DNA of 48,902 bases, the filler included, from Streblomastix strix (Eukaryota), in NCBI GenBank assembly GCA_008636045.1. It is 2 parts of 2 records of this genome, joined end to end, with 100 filler letters (N's around TTAATTAATTAA, not from the genome) between each part and the next. Parts side by side here need not be neighbours in the genome. Positions count along the whole stretch, not along the records: positions 24,535 to 48,902 come from SNRW01000236.1; 1 more part is not named here. The stretch is one strand, 5' to 3'. Below the pieces are notes generated by a model. That model was not told the origin of the DNA. It did not search any database and saw only the letters and a list, made by a program, of their open reading frames with translations. Every line of letters starts with the position of its first letter. Positions within the stretch are counted from its first letter, which is position 1. Made by a program: the position numbers and the translations under genes. Positions 27,011 through 41,600 of the stretch are shown piece by piece.

Positions 27011-29524
27011 TGTTTAATCTAATTCATTTTATTACTAATTTGGAACTGAAGTTATATATAAAAAATATAATAAAATCTGTATTAGAATTAAAAATAATTT
27101 TCTTAAATTAATGAAAAATGGCTTTATAATGAATAAAAAGGAAAATGCAAAATTTTGACTTTTTATTCTGATTAGCATTTAATTTAATTTTATACTAGTT
27201 AATGAAATTTGGTTACATATAAGATATATGTATGTGCGATAAATCATAATTCTAAGTATTGTTTAAACAATTTGAAGTTTTTTCAAATTACATTAATGAA
27301 TAATACAAATATTAACCAAATTTTTCCATAAATACATAAAATTTATTTGTCATAAGTGAATCAAATGCATTTTCTATTTTTTTTTAACAAAAACTGTCAT
27401 TAACTTCATTGATTGTCAAAATAATTCTAAATTATTAGTAATAGTATAATTAAATTGACAATTAAAATTTATATTTACTATCAAACAATACTAATTTGTT
27501 TTCTCAATCATAAAAATCTAAAAGGATTTTATTTTTATTTAATATTTAGCCGGATTCCTCGCATGAAAATTGGGCTCAACGGACGAAATTGACGAATTTT
27601 AACTTCTCTATTAATAATTTTAATATTTATATATATTGAAAAAATATTTAAAATTTTATTTTTAAATTCTATTTATTTTTTCTGCTGTCGAAATGTCATT
27701 CTAATGTGATCTTGGCGTTCACCCTCGAAAAGATTTGTAATTTTTTAACAGTTTTATATATATTTTGTAAACAAATTTGAATTTATTTCTATTTTAGAAT
27801 TAGGAGTTAAATTTATCAGTCGATTCATATACTGTTTCAGGGAATTTCCTAAGAAAAAAAATTTTGGCGTAAAAAAATTTTTATTAGCGTAGCTGTTAAA
27901 AAAGATTGGCGTAGAGATCAAAAATATATTAACGAAAGTATCGCAAGAAAGAATTTATAATTATAAACCAAAATTAATGATAAAATAAAGTCTATAAATT
28001 AATTATTAATTGTTTACTATCAAAAATGAATAAATGTTTAGATAAAACAGAAATAAAATTTAATTATCTTCTAAATTTGGAGCAAACGGAGTATAATAGT
28101 GCAAAAATAGTTGTAAGGCGGTACAAGTATGATATATGTAAATAAAATAAAGTAAAAATTGTAGAATGTAAATGAATCGCAATTAAAATTAATATGAATG
28201 CATTGATAGTTTACAAGAAATAAGCTGTTTTTTGGTAAAAATTTTTTTTTATGAAATATTGACCTTTACATCATCATTTGTAATAGTTTATTTCATAAAT
28301 ACTTTAATAATAAAAATATTGAATTGTTAAACTGTTAAACGTAAATTAATATGTAATGAGAAACAAAAAACTCATGAAATATTGCATACAAATATCCAAA
28401 GTGTCATTTGTTATAATTGTGAATTAAATTTGATGTATAATGTATAACAAATTCATTTTGATTGTAAATACACCAAAATTCCAACTAAGTCAAAATATTT
28501 AAATTTCCTTGAATCAACTCTATAAAAATATAAAAATTATATAAAATTTAATTTAATTATTCATTTGAAAAAAATAAATTACTTTGTTATAAAATTATGT
28601 TGCATGTATTAACTTAAACTCAGAAAGAAGAATTATTTGCATTTTTCGCTTTATTCTATTTTCAAATTATTTTTTAATCATTCTAATTTATCTACCTTCT
28701 TAGTATAACATTCATTTCTATTATAATACAAACAATTTTCATTTTGCAACATCATGATTGATTTTTTATGATTTCTGTCATTATTTTTGATTTAAATTTA
28801 TAAAAAAATATTTGTATAATTTAATATTTGTACTTTAGGCTCAAATTTATAATATTGTACTATCAATTCATACATAACGGCTAGATTCGCGTGATAAAAT
28901 TTATTCCTACACAAATTGCTAATATATCATAATTGCACACTACTTTCCTTTTTATTTTTATTGCAAACCAACTATATTCTATGGTTGTACTTTATTTCAT
29001 TTCAAACTAATTATAATTTTACACAATCTGCACACATTGATTTTTCATCAAATTTTTTTATGAGTTTATTTTAAATTTTCTTGTTTAGACGAAATTTTTT
29101 GCTTATTTTTATATGAGTATCAACATTTAAACATATTTATTCTTTATTTTTACTTTGATAAATTTTTGAATTTTATTCATTTAACGTCAATTTATCAGAT
29201 TTTATATTTTTTTCACAATTATGATTGAAATAAAAATTGATTAACATAATTTATATAAGATTTGTATTTTATTTTAATAATATAAAAGATATCCATCTGA
29301 ATTAATTAATAAAATTTCTTAAATATGTCTTGATCATATGATAAACTTGAAACTGTAAGTCATTTTGAATTATTTCAAAATTCAATATTTATTGAGAATC
29401 TAAGTCGTTTTAATTAATAATAATTTTTATTAAACCAATATTATTAAAAGTGAAATGCTATAGTGTACTACAATATGATTAACATTTTTAAACAATTAAT
29501 TTGCTAATTTAGAATTGCATTATT

Positions 29525-32500
29525 TCAATCAAATTTAAGAGATTGAATACATTCAAAATTTTAATCAAACTGATTCATTTCAAAATCATCCTCTTCATTT
29601 AATTCATCATCATATTCATCATCTAATAAATAGATATCTTTGGTTGAAACTGCTCTGCGAGAAATTGCTGTCCAATCATTGAATATTTTCTCAATTTATT
29701 CACTACACAATTTTTTAGGCCCATTGATACAAATGTTCATAAGATATTGCAATATTTATTAATGAATTTTATTTTATTCTCTTCTGTTTATTAGTTTCAT
29801 CTAGGAAAACCCTCTTTGGGGTGAAGCATTAGTAAGTGGAAGAGTTAAGGCGATTTGAGCAAGAATTCTGATTATTGAATAACTCTAAAATGTTAGTTCA
29901 GAAACGGTTCTTGCACATACTTCTCTTTATATCTAGTCTTTGAAACATTTTGAAAGGCTGTTTCGAAATTAATTCCATTACAATAATGCAATTTTCTGCA
30001 ACACATATTTCATTTGACTCTCTTTCTCGCTAACTTATTATTCCTTTTATTAAAGCATATTCATTTTTTCTTCTTTTGTCTTTTCAATATCTTTCTTTAT
30101 TATCATAATCTCATTTATTATTGCTTTCTTATCGAAAAATATTTATTTCACTTCTTTTTCATCTACATTTCTATCTAATTACCTACAAAAAGCTTCAACT
30201 AAATTAATTATAAAGTTATCTCCATAATTATACATTGATTCAATTGAAGAAGGGGAGCGGAAAGGATTGAAAATTGATTATGCAGTAATAATTGGTGCAT
30301 CATTAAATTAAAATTGAATTGATTCAATAGTTAACTATATGTATATGGGTAATTATTTGCAAAATTCAAGTTTTTATGCAAAGAGGATAACTTTCTTGTT
30401 TAAATACAAAATATTGATTATTATTATATATATATTATATTTTTAATAAAAACATAAGTAAAACCTCGATTGATGGGAAAATGAATTTTTTTTAAAAAAA
30501 TCCTTTTTTGTTGAAAACATTTATATAATCTATATATTTTATACGAAATTTATATTAATATAATTATATATAAATAATTCTATAAAAATGAAACTTTAAA
30601 AATTTCTGTTTCAAAAATTAACTCAAAAATTTTTTAGATTTATTTCTTTCCCAATTTGGATAATATTCATGTTTATTATATAAAATAATCTTTATTTGAT
30701 ATATTTTAAAATATTATTAATTTTAAATAACAAAGTTATCCACTCTTGAATTCAGCAAATAATTACCCATATTTGCTTGCATTTAGTAATCTTCAACATA
30801 TCCTCTTAATTAAAATGAAATATCAAGAATAAATATGGTGATTTGCAGCTAATAAGCATCGTCTACTCCTATTCAGATAATTCATGTTAAAAGCTGAATT
30901 TCTATTGATTTGGATTTAAATCTTAATTCAGTTTAGTTTCAATTGTTGTTTTTGCTTTTTATTAATAAACTATCCAATTATATTTAGTTGAATCTTCGAT
31001 TTATTTGCTATTCTCAAGCTGTTTCAATTTAACAATGCAACCTTCAACACTTGTTTCAATTTGATCAAATGAAAATTCTGCCATCTGCATATGCTTAGAT
31101 GTGACTGGGAGTAATTCCAAAATTGGATCCATTATGAATAGAGAAGTAGAGAATTTCTTTTTAATTGTTAAATTTAATAATCCAACAGCGTTTGAGTTTC
31201 GTTAAGTTACAAGTAAATCTAAAGTTTTCCTTATAGATATTAATTCCATTTTCGCAGCAGATAATGATTTATAGCGTGATAACCATCTTGTTCGATATTT
31301 TCTTTTCAGAGAAATTTGTTCTGTTTCATCAATTGCGTGTATTTATGCTGATATGGCAGCATTCTTCGGAGACGTTGAAATGAAGTACCACAGTTATAAA
31401 AGCACAGAGTCCATTTTTGAAATTTGATTCAATTCTTTATGTTTTGATGTAACTTCTGCAGCAAGTTGCCAACGATGAGCTATGCATTAGAATGTTTATA
31501 TGCCAGGATACTATTGCTTGATTTTAGTTACCATTCCTGCTCTTTTGCCGACCATTGATGCTGCGCCATCAGTACATATTCCAACACAATAATTCAGATC
31601 CAAATTATTATCATCACAAACAGATTTAAATGTAGCTTCTAAATTTTCAGCAGTCTTACCTTATGGGCCCAATTCTCTTATATCTAAGAAATGCGTTAAG
31701 ATCTAATTGTTATAATAGAAGCGAATATACGTAATGAATTAATTAAGATTGGATACATCCATCGATTCATCAATCATAGCTGACCAATATTTGCAATTAT
31801 CGACTTATTCTATTAATTCATTGGAAAGAACAGAGGATATTGATTTAATAAAAGAGGAAACACTTTTGCTTGAATGATGACCAAATCTTTATAATTTGTC
31901 TGATTCACCTTATTCTATGACAAGTTCAGAAATTTTCGGAATTTTTCGATTTGAAATCTATTCTTTAACATTTCTATAAACTATATTTATCATTTTATCA
32001 GCTCCTAACTTAAAGTCATCTTCGTTCATTGCAATTGGAGTCTATAACTTTGCTTCAACACATCTTTTATGTGAAGGTCTTCCAATATGACGTGTAATAG
32101 TATCAATATGTGATGATAGAGCTTCATCATTGAAAAATTCTTATGATTCTGTTCTTCTTAAATGAAGAAATTAACTGTAAATGTTGCATAATATTCCTCC
32201 ATTTGGTCTTATTCTAAAAATTTGTTTACCTTTTTTATCAAGGATTCTAGAATCTTTAATCCACTCTGCAAATTTCTTTGTTTAATCACTCCGATTTATT
32301 TTTGATTGAGAAATGATTTGCGAATTCGAACTATTTTCATTCTCTTTCTCTCAATCTTCTGAAGTTCTAATTTTTCTGACAGTTAGCAACTATTCAACTT
32401 CTGCTTCTTCATCAATATCTTTATTCATTTTTATTTCCTATTTTTATATTTGTATTAAATTATATAATAATTTTCAAAAAATCCTATTGTCATACGATTT

Positions 32501-32964
32501 TATTTTCAGATTACAAAATTTCATTATTTTCATCATTCAAACTTAATGATACAGTTTCATCTTTAATCATTTCTTTAGGCTAATGAATATATAAATATTA
32601 AAAATATATTTTAATAAAAATTCAAAAAACATCGTTTAATTAAATATCAAATAGATGTTATAGTTATTGCTATTCATTTTCATTCACATTATTCGAAGAT
32701 TTTTGTTTCAAATTCACTTCTTTCTCGGCTTACGCTTTCGTATTCTGGAAGATATTTTTAAATTATATGTAATAGATATAAATCATTTTAAAAATAAATT
32801 TCTTTAGAATAAATTACATTTTTTATACCATTTGCAACTTTATCTAAATACAAATCAGATAAATCAATATTGCCATATAATACATCATCATTGCCATATA
32901 ATAGATCAAAATTGCATTTTAATATATCAAAATTTCCCTTATGACCAAAGAGAGTACATCGCAT
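29525..32964 (-). mobile_element. hAT-superfamily transposase gene (ZNF862/Tip100-like), decayed, with 5' introns
   Basis: WSAMIDESMDVSN, CTDGAASMVGK, QCIAHRWQLA, TRWLSR, SIFNP..YG, TLPLTNASPQRGFS, LMNICINGP; ends at TGA 29525. In-frame TGA at 32351-32353; interrupted by a MITE. The 5' exon structure is uncertain and no matching TIR pair was found. Confidence 0.9.
30347..30768. mobile_element. 422-bp MITE inserted in the transposase ORF
   Basis: Inverted ends GGGTAATTATTTGC..AATTCAAG...GGATAACTTT, flanked by ATAT on both sides (equivalently a TA duplication with TGGG ends). Removing the element plus one TSD (426 nt) restores ...KQIYIQLTIES... in frame. Confidence 0.85.
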
Positions 32965-33460
32965 GAATTATATTTAATTGTAAATATCAATATTAATAAA
33001 GTAAAATTAAATTATAGCGGACCAATTCTCTCACAACTTTCAAATTTAAAAATTTCCCCAAAACTGCAGCTAATCCAAATCGTGATATTTGCTACTGATT
33101 AACAACTCGGTATATTTCAATATTAAATACCTTACATATCTTAAATGTTATACAAATTTATTTGAAAAGCGACATAATTTTTTGCTTTTTTTATATGCAT
33201 TTTATAATAAAGTTTTTGACTTATTTAATATGTTTTATTTGTATAATATAAATATGTTACAATTAACAAATAAAATTAGTTTTTACTTTTTTATCTGTTG
33301 AAAACAGTAAATAATTAGGATTTCAAGAAAAAAAGTTAAAAAAGCAATTTCAAATATCTTAAGGTTTATTGAATTCATATAGTTTTTAATACAAATTGAA
33401 TGATAAAAATCCGAATAAATTGCAACAATATGCTTTGAATCTTTCCAATGGACCAGAAGA

Positions 33461-34564
33461 TCATGCTTTTATATTATCACTATGAACCCAACCTTATGAC
33501 CAACCACCATTTCTGCCAGAATCAATAATTTGGTCTTTGTTGGTTCCAGGTACAATACGCCAATCCGATTCAGTGACTCTACCATCGAAATCAGTGATTA
33601 TATCACGTGCTTCTGTCCAAGTTGACTTTACAATTTCCCAATGTGTATGATCATTACTACTGGATCCAAAAATTGAATGTGCACTGTGGTGAGTAACATT
33701 TTTTTTCTCTTAACTCCTTTGTCGTGTTTCTGTCCTTCTACTTCGAGTTCCAAATGCTTCTCTGTAGCTCTTTATTATATCCCAGTTACTGTATCTAATG
33801 TCATCACCATTGTAGGGCGTGATTTTTTATCTTTTTCTATCTATCAATTTCTTGTATCTAGTGTCGCCCTCATACTCATAATCCACAAATACTCCTACCT
33901 AAAATTATTCATCAATCTTATCATGAATTGGAACAGCTTTGAACCCACGACTGTCCATAGGTTGTCTTTCAAGTGCAAATCCATGAATCTAAATCATGCT
34001 TTATTTTGTTTCGTATCCATCTGCGTCTTATGTATCCACGAAGAATATTGGAATCTCTGGAACTTGAGGAGCTCCCGAAATCTCTTTAAGGAAGTTTTGT
34101 ACATATTACTGATATTCAGTCGTTTTCACTGTACAATTCGGTTTATTTGGAAGAAAAGCAAAGCAATTCGTGAATACAATGAAAATGTGTCCAAGTGCTT
34201 CCTTAGTGCCAAATGCATTGTATGCAAATCTGATGATATCTTTTACGCTCTATGAGAAACGATCGTGCTATCCGTTCAGACAAACTCCTATTGCATTCAC
34301 ACCCTCATTCCATCCCCTCAGAAATAGAGCTAGTTTTTGAACTTATTCAGCTGTTGAATTTTATCCATCTGAAAGTCCTTCTGTGTCAATTACAGTTCGA
34401 GTAATACCATCAACCACTGATGATGCTGAAGTACTTTCTAATGTTACTGGAGCAGGACTGTCAGATTCTTTGAAGGCAGGGCGTCCAAGATACAAGTTCC
34501 CAAATGAGCTCTTTCCAGTTCCTGTGTCCCCAATTACCATCAAAACTACTTTTCTTACGCTCAT
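33461..34564 (-). CDS. AIG1/GIMAP-like P-loop GTPase, intronless, 367 aa
   Basis: G1 GDTGTGKS, G2 PVT, G3 VIDTEG, then HDRFS and IVFTN. Open from ATG 34564 to TGA 33461 with TAA/TAG=Q. Confidence 0.85.
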
Positions 34565-35691
34565 CTAGAAAAAATATAATAACAATATATATAATCCAAT
34601 TTGAAAAATTATTTAAATAATAAAATAAATCATATCCAACATGTTATCCACTGTTTTTTAAGTTCGATAATTTCGTAGGTAAATATGGCATAGATAAGTG
34701 ATAATAATTATAATATTACTTTGATAATAATTTATGTGTTTATTGCTTAACAATCAAATATTCAATATATAATATAAATACTTAAGAGAGGCAGAATAAT
34801 AGAAGTAAAATCATACTTTATTGTCTGCTGAAATGAAATGTATAAAACTTTTATTTTCTAATTATGTTTTACAAAAAAAAAAAATAATTTTGTATCTTCG
34901 CATACAATTATGATCGTAAATATATTTTCGCAAAATCTCGATTCATGTTTGCAATAAATATATTACCACTCAAATTTCATAATTTATAGCTCACCATGTA
35001 ATAAATTTATTACGTTAAATAATATTTTAAGTTGTCATTGCCATAGAATAGCACGTGCAACTATTTTTCCATTTATCTAACCGTCTATTCCACCAATATC
35101 AAATCAATATATTTATTTATATTAAGTATAATATTTACAAATATATATTATTTAATTGAAACATGATTACATAGTTTATAATATGAAAAAACAATTTATT
35201 TTATTTTTCACCACTTTTTCACTATTAATACAGTTTAATTTATTATATATTATCTCATTATTTATAAATCAATACATATGTATTCACTGTAATATGTACA
35301 TTTAATGATAAGCCATATTTGAACAAAATTTAATCTTCTAGCTGTGCTCTGGCCAAATTATTTGTCGGCTAAATTTACGCTCTACGCAGACTCTCTAATT
35401 TTGATTTAACCACGAATATGATATAATTAACAACATTACGAAAGAATTTTTATATTATTAATTTGATTTACACTTATTTTTGTTAATACGAGTTTCAAAA
35501 CAAAATTTTATATTAATTTGCCTTTTTCTTGCGTGTATTATAATTTAAATAATTATTTCTTATTTATAAATAAATTAATTTGTATTCTTTAATAAATTAT
35601 CATAATATATTCATTCAATAAATACAATGCACCTTTGAAAATGCTTCGAAATTAAAAAAAATTTTTTTTTAATATTATTTTTATTAGATAC

Positions 35692-38600
35692 ATGTCTTTA
35701 AAAATTGATTTTCTCGAAGATATTCTGAGATATTCTAAAAATTTTGTTTGCCAATAATAAATTTATCATACACCTAATTTTAAAGCTAATTATTTTATTT
35801 TTAAAATTAAATATTTTTTAGGTACCAATTTGTCCTTTAGGTATTTTTATATTTTAAATTTTATTATTTAAAGATCATTTGTTTATTTATTTGTAGGACA
35901 TGGTTCATTTGGAAAGTATGCTTCAAATTTAACTTTTATTTTAAAATTTTAATACTTAATATACAATTGCAATAGTGTATTTCTGGTATATTCAGCTGAA
36001 AAACGAAGTATAATGGCTGTAAAAATTATTTAGAAAGATAAATATAATTAAAGAGAAGAGAAAATATCAACATTATATTTGTAGTATGAATTTTTTAACA
36101 CTTTTTTCTCTTCCAATTCATCATTTTTTTTAAATTTATGATAGAAGTGGAAAATAAAGCCCATTTATTCTAACATGTGTTGAGAAATATCAAATATAAG
36201 AATTTATGATAATTGAAATGAAATATGCTAATATGCAGGTTTAAATATTTGTTTTCAAATTATTTTTGTTTTTCATTTATATTTTTAGTCGCTTGAAATC
36301 ATTGCAAAGTAACCATAGATTAATTTACCGTCATTTGCATTAAGAGCCATTATGAAACAAGCTCGTTTGAATGTTAATTAAATCAGCTATTTATTTAATT
36401 TCTCCCTTATTTTTACAGTTGAAGGAGTGAAAGTCCTTCACAAAGCAGCTATCATACATCGGTATGCTATCATTATATTTATTTATAGTAAATATTGATA
36501 ATACTCATACATATTCAGAGATATCAAATGTGATAATATTTTATTACACAGTCCGCCTGGATCTGGTCGTGTTCATGTGAAGATTTCAGACTTCGGATTA
36601 GCTAAAATCTAATAATTTTAGAATGTTTAAATATATACATAAGGGTATGATGATGATATATCTTTAATTTTTTAAATTTTCTTCTCTTTTCATTTTATAG
36701 AACGTTACCATTCATGGTATTATACAATATTTGGGTTCAACTAATTGAAATTTCAATCCATAAATATAATATTTTCAGGCCCCAGAACTATTCAAATGGC
36801 CAATAATCGTTACTTAGAAAGTTGATATTTATGCTCTTGGTATAACTTTCTACAAACTTCTTTTACACGAACTTCCAGTTAATTAGAAAAATTTTTAAGA
36901 TTAAAAGTTGTATGTTTTTTCTTATATATATTATTCAATATTTTACATATTCATTTTCATTTATAGAGTTTTGATAGACATGCCTAGGATTGAAAAACCA
37001 TCAGAAATAACAGATAATCTTCTTTGGGATCTTTTGTCAAAGATGTTAAATTTTGACCCAAATAAAAGAATTTCAGCTGTTGAAGCACTTCAACATCCAT
37101 ATTTCACATCACCTGAAGCAAAAGCAGATGTTTCAAAGGAATAATAAGATTTGGCATCAGAAGCAGCAATTTCTGAAATTGAAGGAGATTCAAATATAAC
37201 AGAATTTGATAAAGATCCAACTTATATTATAACAGAATCTATTTTAAAAGAATTTCTGATTAATTACATTTCACACTAAAAGAAAAACAATCCTCTCTTT
37301 TATTATTATTAAAATTAATATCTATAATAATTCTCAACAAAATAAAATTAATTAAAATAAAATGAATCTCCATACGAATAAATTTTATCACAATAATCAT
37401 CATTATCAGAATAGCAAATATAAATGTCATAAATGAAATAATCATCTTCATAATTATATTTTTCAACAACTGAAATTATATAAAATATTTGTTAACCATC
37501 TGAAATTTAGCCAATTGCTTAATCATCACCATAATCCGAAATTTAGCCAATTGCTTAATCATCATCAATAACTTCGTTATATCCTAGCATTAAATCATAA
37601 TTGTATGGATATTCAAGTACATAATCCTAATCATCATAAGAAGTTTATACTAATAGATTTTCATCATCTGAAGACTGTCCATACAATTAATCATCTTCAT
37701 CTTCTGAAGTACATACGATGATTTAATCATCTTCTTCTTCTGAAGTACTTAGAAGAACATAATTTTTATCATTATCAACTTCAATTCAAGATTTATAATA
37801 ATCTTCACAAGATAAAATTAATAATAAATCATCTCTTAAATTTGATAAATAATTTAAAAATTAAATTTCTTTATCATATGTAGCTACTGAAGAATAATTA
37901 TATGCTGAAAATTATATGCTTGAATAAAATATATGTTTGGAAGAAATTAATGAAATATTGGAACAATATCAATAGTTGTCATTATTGAAACTAGATGTAA
38001 TTATAGTAAATCTCTCCAAAAGGCTGGAAGAAAGCAAACAAAATTGTATCAAAGCTTAGTAACTTGGAATAATGAATTAAATATTGAAAATTCTTCCCGC
38101 AATTCCGTTTTAGAAAATTCATCATGTACATTTTAAACCAATAATTTAACTTTTGAAATCTGACTCGGATGAAATAAGAAATAATATATTATAGTATAAT
38201 ATTATTAATTGGACATAAAACGCATTGAATTGCAAAAATGAAAGTGTTATTGTCATTATTCTTTAGTATTTTTTTGAAATAATGCAGTTAATTGGTAGTT
38301 ATGAAAGTGAAGGAAATTTGAATTGTCTGAAAATATAAATGGAATAAGATGGAATTATAGAAAAACTAATTGAAATGATGGAGAATAATAAATATTCAAA
38401 CTAAGATATTCAATATTATTCAACACTTGCAATTGGATTCTTGTTTAAAGGTTCAGCACTTCCAAACTAATTCAAATAAACAATTATCAATCATCTCAAA
38501 AATATGATATATAACTCAGATATAAATTAATGTTTTCAAACTCTTATTTCTTTGACTTGTATTGCTGAATGTGAAGGTATATTATATATATATATATATA

Positions 38601-41600
38601 TATATTTGTGCATCGTAAAAAAATCTATCATATACTTTTATTGTTATTTTTATTATTATTAGAAAATCACTCTCTGATTGTGACTTAAGATTTTATCTAA
38701 TAATTAAATTTAATAATTCATGAAATTGAAAAAACATTAATAAATAAGGAGATTATTATTCTTCTCATAAAATTATTTAAATTTGGAAAGTCTGAAACGA
38801 AATAATAATTAATTAATTAATTATCTATAAATTTAATTTTTTAATTCACATTTAGCTTAAATCAAGAAATTGCATGGTAAGCAGATTAATTAATGAATTA
38901 CATTTTCTTAGAATTAATAAAATAAGATGAAAAATTATAAAATTAATAAGAACACAAATAAATTGTTTTAAATGAAAAACAATTAAATGATCTATAAAAA
39001 GATAAAATTATTTAAATAAATAGAATTTAATAAATGATTAATGATTATTAATCAATGAATATCAGTTTAAAAATGAAAATGATAGAATAAGGAGGATTGA
39101 AAGAGATTTGTAAAGTGATTCATGAATAATTAGAAGGAGAAATGAATTAAAATAAATAATATCTAATATAACTTGGATGTTAAGCTGCATCTGTTCTACT
39201 TGATGATAATGAAGAATCATTTCCATTTGCAATTGAAAGCGGAGGAATTATTGATGAAATTATTTCTCTCCTTAATAAGTTCTCAATTGAATAAACAAGT
39301 AATATTCATATTCTTCCTCTTTATAAAATTATTAATGAATGTAATCATTAACAAAGAAAAATCCTTGCTGAAAAAGGAGCTTTAATAATAATGAGGAAAT
39401 TAATATTTAGTAATGATATATTAATTATGAAAGTAGCTTTATATTCTTTAATAAGACTCATTTTTAATGGGAAAATAAGTTAAAATTAATTGTTTGGGAA
39501 AATTAACTTAATTAAAAAAGAATTAGAGAAAGATGGAATAATATCAAGGTTTTTAGAAATTTTATTCAGTAATTAAATTTAAAATAGTAAAATAGCATAA
39601 TTTTAACCAATAATTATAGGATTAACATTCAAGGCAAATCCGCTTCCTGCGTAATATGAATAAGAAATAAATAGTAATCTAATGAAATAAATAAATTCAA
39701 CAAATTTTCTTTCAAATGATTCTCTTGATTCTCTTGCAAATCTTGCAGAATGTTAAGATAATCATAAAATAATGTTAAATGTTGAATTTTTGAATGAAAT
39801 TAATAGACATCTGCAAAGTTAATAAAGTGAAATTAAAATAAATAAAATTCTTACATTAATACTTGTAATTTTAAGAAATTGTACCGACTCAACTAGATCT
39901 TAAATATAAAGAGTGATTTCTGATGAGTAATTTACTTATTTTATCTTAAGTTCTAACTCATATATTTCAAGAAAAGCGATGGAAATATTATAATTATTAT
40001 CTGGATAATCTTCATAATCAGATAAGAAATAGACATTAAATAAATAAGAAAAATAAATATAATAATTAGCATAAAGAATATTATATTACACTGAAGAAGA
40101 AAGAATCAATATGATTGTGGAAGAAGGAGTAATGTGAGAAATTTCCAAAATTATTCATGATGAGTAAGCTGGAATTATTCAATTAAATTAATATTACTCC
40201 ATAAATCTAGTGCTATTTTTAACATCATATCTAATTCAATAAATTGAAATTTCAATTCCTTATACTCTTGAAAATGGAGGTTTTGTAGATGAAATGGTGT
40301 CCCTTCTCAACAAGCTACCTACTTAAAATATAAATAAATTATACCTTCTTCCTTTTGCTAATATAGCCAATTAATGCAATAATGAATAAATAAAAATTCT
40401 TATTAAAAAAGGAGTTTTTGAATCGATATGTTAAATTCTGAATATAAAAAATGAAGATATTTTATATTATTCATTATTTATATTAATGAAAATAATACTT
40501 GCAATTAGTGAATTGGAAGGAGAAGGAAAACCAAATCCACTTCTTAAAGAGATGGAGAAAGATGGAACATTAACAAAACTAATTGAAATCTTCAAAAATT
40601 AGAAATATTAAAACAAAATTATTAATTCTTAAGCAACCTTTACACTTGGATATTTATTTAAGGCTACTCCACTTCCATCAGAATATGGAGAAAATATCAT
40701 CAATAATCTTAAAAACTTAATAATTTCTACAGAATATATTTAAGAAACATTTTAATCTCTTTCATTTCTTGCAGAAAATATATATAATCATTAATTTATT
40801 CTATCAGGAAATTTTATAATTCAGATTAAATTATTGTTGGATAATGAAAATAAATTATATATCATTAAAAATGTTTTAAAACTTCTTACTATTTTATTTA
40901 AAAAAGGAACATCATCAACAATATCAAATTTAAAGAAATAAATCCCAAAAGAAAAGATTATTTAATATGCGCTTAGTTCTGAAAATTAAATACGTCAATA
41001 TGCATTTGATATTCTTAATAATGATAATAATAAATATAATGAGGATTAAATAAATGAATATTTATTTCGTGAAGAATATTTGAAATCAATATAATTAGGA
41101 GGAGAAGAAAAGAGTTTAGAAGAAAAAATGAAGATTATTGAATAAGGAGGATTGAAATAAATCTGTAAAGTGATTCATTAAGAATAATAAAGTGATATAA
41201 ATTGGGCTAATCAAAATATTATTGAACTTGGATGCGAAGCTGCATCTATTCTTCTTAGAAATAATAAAAAATCAATTCCATTTGCAATTGAAAAAGGAGG
41301 AATTGCTGATGAAATTATTTCTCTTCTTAATAAACTTCCAATTGAAAATATTAATATGTTTCATCTTCTTCCTCTTTTTCATATTATTGATTTAAGTAAT
41401 TATGAATAAAGAAAAATCCTTTTTGATAAAGGAATTCTGATAACAATTAATAAAATATTGAATAGTAAAGATGAATAAATTTTACTTTATTCATCAGTAA
41501 TATTAATGTTCATAATTTATGGAATTGGTGAATTGGAAGGAGAAGGAAAACCAAATCCACTTCTTAAAGAAATGGATAAAGATGGAGCATTATCAAAATT

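Noticed and set aside
33677..34255. 192-aa + strand ORF, the longest in the track
   Set aside because: Antisense shadow of the GTPase gene; no motif.
40135..40137. In-frame TGA as selenocysteine
   Set aside because: Does not align to a Cys in sister repeats, and no SECIS element was identified.
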